Below the pieces are notes generated by a model. That model saw nothing but the letters and a program-made list of their open reading frames with translations, was not told the DNA's origin and ran no database searches. 32,000 nucleotides of DNA from Nostoc punctiforme PCC 73102 (GTDB lineage Bacteria; Cyanobacteriota; Cyanobacteriia; Cyanobacteriales; Nostocaceae), in contig NC_010628.1 in the NCBI RefSeq assembly GCF_000020025.1, positions 7,050,001 to 7,082,000 of the forward strand. The letters are read 5' to 3'. Made by a program: the position numbers and the translations under genes. Positions 24,644-32,000 of this stretch are shown in pieces (the first letter of the stretch is position 1; each line of letters starts with the position of its first letter).

Positions 24644-25951
24644 TCAACTTGAAAGGCTACTGACACTGGGAGCAGTTTCGGCATCTGCTGATGTTTCACC
24701 CACACGAAGGATTTTAGCTCCTAATTGCTGCAACTTCATATCGAGCCGATCGTAGCCGCGATCGAGGTGCTGTAATCCTTGAATTGTGGTTTGTCCTTCT
24801 GCCGCCAGTCCTGCGATGACTAGCGCTGCCGATGCTCGTAAGTCTGTGCCTAATACTGGTGCGCCAGACAATTTTGGCACTCCCCGAACGAAAGCAGCAT
24901 TGCCTTTAACACGAATATCTGCCCCCAAGCGATTTAACTCTGAGGCATGACGCAAGCGATTTTCAAAGACGGATTCGTTAATCACGCTGTCGCCTTCGGC
25001 CAATGTCAGCAAAGACATGAACGGCGCTTGCATATCTGTAGGGAAACCCGGATGATATTGAGTTTCAATATCCGTTGCCTTGAGAGTTTCCGCCGGCAGA
25101 ATGCGTAAGTGTTCAGGCTTGTCCTCAATTATCGTCACCCCAATATCCCGCAGCTTGGCAATCACTGGTATGAGATGTTCTGGAGCTACTGGCGAAAGAA
25201 GAAGTTCGGAACGGGTAATTGCTGCTGCCAATAAAAATGTCCCGGCCTCAATGCGATCGGGAATGATACTGTAGTCAACAGAATGCAATTTGGGCACTCC
25301 TTCTACAATAATCCTGCTAGTACCTGCCCCTTTAATCTTGGCTCCCATCGCGTTACAGAAGTTAGCTAAATCAACTACTTCCGGTTCTCTGGCAGCATTT
25401 TCGATGATCGTTTCGCCCTCTGCCAGGGTAGCCGCCATCATCAAGTTTTCCGTCGCTCCAACGCTGGCGATATCTAAGTAAATCTTCGCACCTTTTAATC
25501 TCCGGCTGCTGCCAGGGACGTAGGCATTACAAATGCCATGCTCAATCTGCACCTCAGCCCCCATTGCTTGCAGTCCTCGCACATGCAAGTCAACTGGTCT
25601 TGCCCCAATAGCACAACCGCCTGGTAAAGGCATCTGTGCTACTCCCAATCTTGCAAGAATGGCTCCAATGGCGAAGAAACTCGCCCTCAGTTGGGTAACT
25701 AGTTCGTAGGGAGCTTTTGATGTTTTAATTTCGCTGGCGTTGATGTCTAAAATATCGCCTTGCCGTGTTAAACGTACACCCAAAGCTGATAGCACCTGAC
25801 CCATCCGGTCTACGTCCGCTAATAAGGGGACATTACGGATACGACAATCGCCCGGACACAGCAAGGCTCCAGCCATGATTACCAGTGCTGCATTTTTTGC
25901 CCCGCTAATTTTCACATGACCTCGCAAAGGATGCCCACCCCAAATTTGCAA
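24644..25951 (-). CDS. murA: UDP-N-acetylglucosamine 1-carboxyvinyltransferase
   Basis: 435 aa. ISGAKNAAL, the catalytic Cys loop [15 protein letters not shown] and HPGFPTDMQ are present. The only canonical start in frame after the upstream TAG is the TTG at 25951. Confidence 0.92.
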   Translation of the reverse strand: MQIWGGHPLRGHVKISGAKNAALVIMAGALLCPGDCRIRNVPLLADVDRMGQVLSALGVRLTRQGDILDINASEIKTSKAPYELVTQLRASFFAIGAILARLGVAQMPLPGGCAIGARPVDLHVRGLQAMGAEVQIEHGICNAYVPGSSRRLKGAKIYLDIASVGATENLMMAATLAEGETIIENAAREPEVVDLANFCNAMGAKIKGAGTSRIIVEGVPKLHSVDYSIIPDRIEAGTFLLAAAITRSELLLSPVAPEHLIPVIAKLRDIGVTIIEDKPEHLRILPAETLKATDIETQYHPGFPTDMQAPFMSLLTLAEGDSVINESVFENRLRHASELNRLGADIRVKGNAAFVRGVPKLSGAPVLGTDLRASAALVIAGLAAEGQTTIQGLQHLDRGYDRLDMKLQQLGAKILRVGETSADAETAPSVSSLSS

Positions 25952-26363
25952 GACTGAGGAGTCTGCTTCTGGAGCAATTTTGGCATCTGGTAAGCTGGTA
26001 GAAGGATTGATAAGCCTACCTCCAAAAGTAATACGTATTTTATATGTTTGAAGTTGGTTTTGATTCTACAGTAAAGATTCAAATTGTCCACATGTTAGGA
26101 CAACATCTTGCATAAAAAAAATGTTTTTTGGTGAGAAATATGGGCTGGAAATCAGCGCTATCAAGCTTTTTGAGCTTTTAAAAAATTTAATAAAAAAGAA
26201 TGAATAAGTAGTAGTTTTAAGCAAAATTAAATACTCAGTAAAATGACTTAAGTGTTCCCTAAAAATCAATGCTGTACTGTTCAGTTAATATTTTGATTCG
26301 ACCTAATTCCCCGAAAAATTCGTTTCCAGTCTGAGCCTCTTAAAGGAGGCATTAGGTTTTCAC

Positions 26364-26392
26364 TTGACAAAGGTAAAACATAACGCAATAAT
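26364..26392 (+). promoter_or_regulatory. Candidate sigma70-type promoter for tRNA-Leu(CAG)
   Basis: TTGACA (26364-26369), a 17-nt spacer, then AATAAT (26387-26392). The predicted TSS is about 20 nt upstream of the mature tRNA 5' end. Confidence 0.35.
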
Positions 26393-26420
26393 ATGAAATT
26401 GTCGATAAAGACAAGTGCCA

Positions 26421-26502
26421 GCGGAACTGGCGGAATTGGCAGACGCGCTAGATTCAGGTTCTAGTGCCGCAAGGCTTCCGGGTTCAAGTCCCGGGTTCCG
26501 CA
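26421..26502 (+). tRNA. tRNA-Leu (anticodon CAG), class II
   Basis: GCGGAACTGGCGGAATTGGCAGACGCGCTAGATTCAGGTTCTAGTGCCGCAAGGCTTCCGGGTTCAAGTCCCGGGTTCCGCA. The acceptor is GCGGAAC/GTTCCGC, the anticodon stem is CTAGA/TCTAG with loop TTCAGGT, there is a long variable arm, and the T-arm is CCGGG-TTCAAGT-CCCGG. Confidence 0.9.
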
Positions 26503-26597
26503 TAATTTTCAGTTAGGAGTTAAAAGTGAAGAGTTAGAAGTTGAAAGAAAACTAAAATTAACTCTTAGCTCCATAATTCCTAACTCCTAACTTTTTG

Positions 26598-27374
26598 ATG
26601 TTGACCAGTTTACAAAATTCCCTAGTTAAGCAAATTCGCAAACTCCACTCCACCAAAGAGCGGCACAAGCAGCAGTTATTTTTACTGGAAGGGACGCACC
26701 TGTTGGAAGAAGCTTGTGCGGTAAATTACCCACTAGAAACAGTGTGTTGTACTTCAGATTGGCAAGCAGCGCACTCGTCACTGTGGGAAAAGGCTTCTAG
26801 TAAAAGCGATCGCACCGAGATTGTCAGCGAGGAAGTATTAAATGCGATCGCTACTACAGTCCAACCTGATGGTGTGGTGGCAACGGCAAAACGAACGGAT
26901 AGCCAAACTCAACTACCATTCACTGGTTTAGTTCTAGCTTTAGAAACGGTACAAGATCCGGGAAACCTGGGTACGATAATTCGGACTGCGGCGGCAGTGG
27001 GAGCATCAGGTTTGTGGGTAAGTGGAGATAGTGTAGATTTAGACAGCCCAAAAGTTCTCCGGGCTTCCGCAGGACAATGGTTTCGCCTAGCAATGTCCGT
27101 AACCGAAAATTTAAAAGCAACAGTTCAACAAAGTCAGCAAGCAGGAATGCAGGTAGTGGCAACCTTACCCAGTGCGACTTTAACTTATTGGGATGTAGAC
27201 TGGCGCAAACCCAGTCTGATTTTACTGGGAAATGAAGGTGCTGGATTGTCGGCAGATTTAGCAGCGATCGCAGATAAGCAAGTCAGAATTCCTTTGAGTC
27301 CTGGGGTAGAATCTTTGAATGTAGCGATCGCAGCCGCTTTAATGTTGTACGAAGCTCGGCGGCAAATGAGTTAG
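26598..27374 (+). CDS. TrmH/SpoU family RNA 2'-O-methyltransferase
   Basis: SpoU MTase motifs are present: LALETVQDPGNLGTIIRTAAAVGA, LLGNEGAGLS, IPLSPGVESLNVAIAAALMLYE. The ATG at 26598 is preferred over the adjacent TTG at 26595. Confidence 0.85.
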   Translation: MLTSLQNSLVKQIRKLHSTKERHKQQLFLLEGTHLLEEACAVNYPLETVCCTSDWQAAHSSLWEKASSKSDRTEIVSEEVLNAIATTVQPDGVVATAKRTDSQTQLPFTGLVLALETVQDPGNLGTIIRTAAAVGASGLWVSGDSVDLDSPKVLRASAGQWFRLAMSVTENLKATVQQSQQAGMQVVATLPSATLTYWDVDWRKPSLILLGNEGAGLSADLAAIADKQVRIPLSPGVESLNVAIAAALMLYEARRQMS

Positions 27375-27380
27375 GAGTAG

Positions 27381-27400
27381 AGACGCGATTAATCGCGTCT
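27381..27400. terminator. Perfect 20-nt palindrome between convergent genes (terminator-like; member of the AGACGCGAT..ATCGCGTCT dispersed family)
   Basis: AGACGCGATTAATCGCGTCT lies 6 nt after the trmH-family stop and 16 nt from the stop of the convergent 27417-27797 ORF. It lacks a strong U-tract. Confidence 0.45.
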
Positions 27401-27416
27401 GTGCAGGAATTAAAAC

Positions 27417-27797
27417 TCATAACTTTTCTTGGGCTTTTGTCTTTTCTTCGAGATATTGTTCAATATCAGCAACTGCATCCTCAAGGGCCGCTAAATCAAT
27501 ATCGATCAAATCTCGATCGACTTCGACTTCATTCAGACTAGTAGTATGCAGTTTGGGGAGGTGGGGAATTTCTTCTTCCTCAGTTGAAATTTCTTGTAAG
27601 ATATCCTCCAACTGATCGAGAGATTGCTGAAACACTTGATCGGCGACGCGGCGCTGTTGTGGCTGAATTGGCTCCATAATATTGACTTGAAAATCCTGAT
27701 TTACTGACCTAATTGTGATTGCAGCTTCTACAGATTTAAATTTTGCACTTATAGCATCATAGTTGTGTGCTGTATCAACTTTAGCAGTGGTTATCAA
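27417..27797 (-). CDS. Hypothetical acidic protein
   Basis: The ORF is open for 126 codons from a TTG at 27797. An internal ATG at 27677 would give 86 aa (MEPIQPQQRRVADQVFQQSLDQLEDILQEISTEEEEIPHLPK...). It is highly acidic and predicted helical. I do not recognise a domain. Confidence 0.55.
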   Translation of the reverse strand: MITTAKVDTAHNYDAISAKFKSVEAAITIRSVNQDFQVNIMEPIQPQQRRVADQVFQQSLDQLEDILQEISTEEEEIPHLPKLHTTSLNEVEVDRDLIDIDLAALEDAVADIEQYLEEKTKAQEKL

Positions 27798-27937
27798 TAA
27801 TATCGATACTTGGCTTTGGTCACTTTTGCCAAGTTGTCTCTAATTGTTAGAACTTGTATTTTTGTAAAGACTATAGAATACTCCTAAAACTTTGTACTTT
27901 AATTCGACCGATAAACCGTAGTATAATATTCAGTATG

Positions 27938-28105
27938 CGATCGCCTCCCAATACTTTTCGGTTAAACCCAATAATCTCTCTTTTGGTCTGGGGAAAGGTT
28001 AAAGGGCAATGGGGAAAGGGTTTGAATTTCCCTTTCCCCATTGCCCTTTCCCCGAAAACCCGAAAAGTATTGGATCGCCTCCGGCGGGCGGGTACGCCAT
28101 CGGAC
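27938..28105. mobile_element. MITE-like nested-palindrome element (non-autonomous; no transposase)
   Basis: The outer inverted repeat is CCAATACTTTTCGG (27948-27961) / CCGAAAAGTATTGG (28060-28073). The inner perfect 18-bp hairpin AGGGCAATGGGGAAAGGG (28003-28020) / CCCTTTCCCCATTGCCCT (28030-28047) is extended by GGGGAA/TTCCCC. The 3' module GATCGCCTCCGGCGGGCGGGTACGCCATCGGAC (28073-28105) recurs at 4706-4738 with 31/33 identity. Confidence 0.55.
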
Positions 28106-28172
28106 TCTTGTGTCCCAAATAACTAGTATTTAGTCATACTGCGCGTCTACGCATTTACAAGGAAAATATTTT

Positions 28173-28856
28173 ATGAGCAGCGTACAACTTTACTTTGCCA
28201 AAGCCTCCACCTTCTCCCAAAGAACCCGTGTGGTTTTACTAGAAAAAGGAATTGATTTTAGCAGCACTGAAATTGACTTACAAAATAAACCAGATGGCTA
28301 CACACAGATTTCGCGCTACGGCAAAGTCCCGGCGATTAAACATGGGGATATCGAAATTTATGAGTCTGCCATCATCAACGAATATCTTGATGAAGTCTTT
28401 CCAGAGCCACCTTTATTACCCCGCGATCCAGGTGCTAAAGCGATCGCTCGGATCTGGATCGATTATGCCAACACTCGCTTTGTACCCGCCTTTAACAAAT
28501 TTCTCCGTGGTAAAGATGCTCAAGAACAGGGACAAGGACAAAGAGAGTTTTTGGAAGCATTATTGTACATTGAGCAAGAAGGGCTAGGTAAGCTTTCTGG
28601 TAATGGCCCTTACTGGTTAGGGGAGCAGCTGAGTTTGGTTGATATCAGCTTCTATCCTTGGTTTGAACGCTTGCCCCTCCTAGAACACTTCCGCAATTTC
28701 ACCTTACCAACAGAAACCCCTCGTTTGCAGAAATGGTGGAATACTGTGCGCGATCGCGAGTCAATTCGGGCTGTAGAAAATCCCACAAGCTTCTATTTAG
28801 AACGATTTGCTAAGATTCTTGGTGCGCCCACTCCCGTTGCTTCTGCCCAAAAATAG
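28173..28856 (+). CDS. Glutathione S-transferase family protein
   Basis: 227 aa. The N-terminal thioredoxin-like GST domain has [26 protein letters not shown], and a C-terminal helical GST domain follows. Confidence 0.88.
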   Translation: MSSVQLYFAKASTFSQRTRVVLLEKGIDFSSTEIDLQNKPDGYTQISRYGKVPAIKHGDIEIYESAIINEYLDEVFPEPPLLPRDPGAKAIARIWIDYANTRFVPAFNKFLRGKDAQEQGQGQREFLEALLYIEQEGLGKLSGNGPYWLGEQLSLVDISFYPWFERLPLLEHFRNFTLPTETPRLQKWWNTVRDRESIRAVENPTSFYLERFAKILGAPTPVASAQK

Positions 28857-28922
28857 TGAATAGGTTACAGTCCTGTATCCGCCATCACTAAAACAATGTT
28901 GAATTCACTGGGAGATTAACCC

Positions 28923-29774
28923 ATGAGCTTAAACAGTCAATTATTCAAAGATATACCGCACGTTGAGGGAGAACTCCATTACCTCGCTCCGACAGCAGAA
29001 AAACCTGTTAACTACACTTACGAACCACCACCAGGTATTCCACAGCGAAGCGGGAAGTATGAGGTACATACACTCCCAATCTACGATGCTCGGCCGATCG
29101 CAGAAAATGTGTCCTTAGATCAGCAGGGATTCGCCTTGGTCGGACAGCACAGCACTGTTAAAGACTTTTACGATCGGGATGAGGTGCGCCGCGTTTACTA
29201 CCCTGAAGCCGAGGAATTTCTCAAGGATTTGACAGGTGCCCAAAGGGTGATAGTGTTCGATCACAACCTGCGTAATGCCGAACGAGCGAAGCAGGGCGAC
29301 CAAGGCATAAAGACACCAGTAAGGGGCGTGCACAACGACTTCACCGCCAAGTCTGGCTATAGTCGCGCCCGTGCCGTGTTGGAAGCAATCGGTACTGAAG
29401 ACCCTGATGAGCTTCTGCGGCACAGATTTAGTGTAGTTAACCTCTGGCGACCGATCGCAGGACCAGTTCAAGAGTCTCCATTAGCGGTGTGTGATGCCCA
29501 AAGTATCGCACCGAATGACCTCGTGGCTACCGATCTTGTATATCGCGATCGCGTCGGCGAAACCTACGCAGTCACGTACAATCCAAAACATCGGTGGTTC
29601 TACTTTCCGCAAATGCAACGGAACGAAGCGCTACTTATCAAATGTTTTGACTCAGAGGAAGAAGGTTTGGCGCGGTTCGCCGCCCACACCGCATTCGACG
29701 ATCCAACAAGCCAGCCAGATGCCCCACCACGTGAGAGTATCGAGTTGCGGACGTTGGTTTTCTATGCCGCATAA
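28923..29774 (+). CDS. CmcJ/NvfI (AsaB-like) family oxidoreductase / putative dioxygenase
   Basis: 283 aa. YEPPPG...LDQQGFALV...FDHNLR...GVHNDFTAKSG...RFSVVNLWRPI...PLAVCDA resembles the CmcJ/NvfI-type hydroxylase family, which is named from cephamycin and fungal meroterpenoid pathways. This assignment is from memory of the motif pattern and is not verified. Confidence 0.7.
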   Translation: MSLNSQLFKDIPHVEGELHYLAPTAEKPVNYTYEPPPGIPQRSGKYEVHTLPIYDARPIAENVSLDQQGFALVGQHSTVKDFYDRDEVRRVYYPEAEEFLKDLTGAQRVIVFDHNLRNAERAKQGDQGIKTPVRGVHNDFTAKSGYSRARAVLEAIGTEDPDELLRHRFSVVNLWRPIAGPVQESPLAVCDAQSIAPNDLVATDLVYRDRVGETYAVTYNPKHRWFYFPQMQRNEALLIKCFDSEEEGLARFAAHTAFDDPTSQPDAPPRESIELRTLVFYAA

Positions 29775-29775
29775 G

Positions 29776-29832
29776 GAGCAGGGGAGCAGGGAGCAAGGGG
29801 AAAATTCCTCTCCTCTGCACCCCTGCCTCTTC
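29776..29832. repeat. GGAGCAGGGGAGCAGGGAGCAAGGGGA dispersed repeat between convergent genes
   Basis: GGAGCAGGGGAGCAGGGAGCAAGGGGAAAATTCCTCTCCTCTGCACCCCTGCCTCTTC belongs to the same family as the modules at 24427-24470 and 24585-24624. Confidence 0.5.
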
Positions 29833-29847
29833 AGCCCAATTCTCCTA

Positions 29848-31266
<1,419 letters not shown>

Positions 31267-31343
31267 TTATGCAGATAAGCCGAATATTTGCATACCATTT
31301 TGGGTGCTAATACTTGCTGTTGCCAAGACCGTCATAAGTACTT

Positions 31344-31583
31344 TTAGCGCTCTTTAGGGGCACACCACTGAGCTATTGGTTCAATTCGTGCTTGCTGGAT
31401 CAATTCCAAAACTTGTGATTTATTACAACCATAGGTAGATGCTAATAATTCCTCACCTTGTTTTTTTGCATCGTCGGCTGATATACCAAAGGTCATAATT
31501 TCTTCGTCTTGGTTAACTGTAATTCTCTCAACTGGAATAATACAGATATATTGCGGTTCATTCTGTCTTATTTGCTGGACCAT
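31344..31583 (-). CDS. Hypothetical protein (79 aa) immediately upstream of the tnaA-family gene
   Basis: MVQQIRQNEPQYICIIPVERITVNQDEEIMTFGISADDAKKQGEELLASTYGCNKSQVLELIQQARIEPIAQWCAPKER. Composition is non-repetitive and it is co-directional with tnaA, with a 92-nt gap. I do not recognise the family. Confidence 0.5.
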   Translation of the reverse strand: MVQQIRQNEPQYICIIPVERITVNQDEEIMTFGISADDAKKQGEELLASTYGCNKSQVLELIQQARIEPIAQWCAPKER

Positions 31584-32000
31584 TATTTACCTACCATTTC
31601 ATTCTTAATTGTGTCTATTTTCAAGTCTAGATAAATCACGAGTGAAAGTGAAACATAATCAGTATTTAAGTAGTTTTTGATTAAAAAACACTAGTTTTTA
31701 CACATGGTTAAGGAAATGTTAAGAATTCTCTCAAAATTGCCAAATTTCTAAGTGTAAACAGTTACGTATGGGAAAATAAAGTTAAGCATCAACAAATCTC
31801 TTTTTGTAAATTTTTGTTTATTAGATCGGTAATGCGTTAAGACACACGCATTATCGTAAACATCCCTGAACGGATTAATTTAAATCTCTGTTGATTAGTC
31901 TTTGGGAATCAGTAAATAAAGGCTGATACTCCTAAAGATGAACTTTTCTTTGCTCAATACAGGCTTCATACCTTGAGTAAGTGCAAGTTTAATAAAAATT

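Noticed and set aside
24475-24755. Three small ORFs (62, 69 and 76 aa) between the M48 peptidase gene and murA
   Set aside because: All fall inside the GGAGCAGGG inverted-module repeat or overlap the murA 3' end. They are mutually overlapping on both strands, low-complexity (G/R/P/L/S rich), and lack start contexts.
26066-26269. 67-aa minus-strand ORF in the murA / tRNA-Leu intergenic region
   Set aside because: It lies in a very AT-rich stretch, and the peptide is dominated by F/I/K/L/S from A/T codons. There is no SD. It is more likely promoter or spacer DNA.
22031-26502. Checked the two tRNA-Leu genes for the group I intron known from cyanobacterial tRNA-Leu
   Set aside because: That intron interrupts tRNA-Leu(UAA). 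These genes have CAA and CAG anticodons and uninterrupted 84-nt and 82-nt cloverleaves.
27854-28126. 90-aa plus-strand ORF
   Set aside because: It spans the nested-palindrome MITE-like element, and its sequence is dictated by the hairpin arms (GKGLNFPFPIALSP...). It is not protein-like.

Overview
This 32-kb window looks like ordinary chromosome from a filamentous, heterocyst-forming (Nostocales-type) cyanobacterium. Supporting signs are about 41% GC, very frequent HIP1 octamers (GCGATCGC), STRR-like heptamer repeats, and many short palindromic dispersed repeats in the intergenic regions. Most of the content is housekeeping or stress metabolism.

Gene content, left to right:
- pirin, Dps and an aldo/keto reductase (minus strand)
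- a Uma2-family endonuclease gene and a DCC-type thiol oxidoreductase
- the trehalose cluster treZ-treY-treH, in the same order as the dehydration-induced cluster known from Anabaena sp. PCC 7120
- a decayed Uma2 paralogue
- a small SD-preceded ORF
- a four-gene NAD salvage/synthesis block, pncB-nadD-nrtR-nadE
- tRNA-Gln
- a partly decayed glycosyltransferase cluster (intact GT4, GT4 remnant, WecB/TagA/CpsF GT26)
- tRNA-Leu(CAA)
- an FMN-dependent 2-hydroxyacid (lactate/glycolate) oxidase
- an M48 peptidase, murA, tRNA-Leu(CAG) and a TrmH-family methyltransferase
- an acidic hypothetical protein, a GST and a CmcJ/NvfI-type oxidoreductase
- a tryptophanase/tyrosine-phenol-lyase family gene preceded by a 79-aa ORF

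I found no convincing multi-gene novel system: no defence island, CRISPR array, transposase, integrase, reverse transcriptase or toxin-antitoxin pair.

The observations most worth a second look are regulatory or structural:
- a promoter-embedded, near-perfect 29-bp palindrome upstream of pncB, a candidate NrtR operator
- two tandem arrays with 21-bp periodicity, one inside the treZ-treY spacer with phased A5 tracts
- a Uma2 paralogue carrying three in-frame TAA codons but no frameshift
- a GT4 gene collapsed by an internal deletion
- nested-palindrome MITE-like elements that share modules with the treZ leader
- a small basic ORF that reads through an intrinsic terminator just downstream of a tRNA
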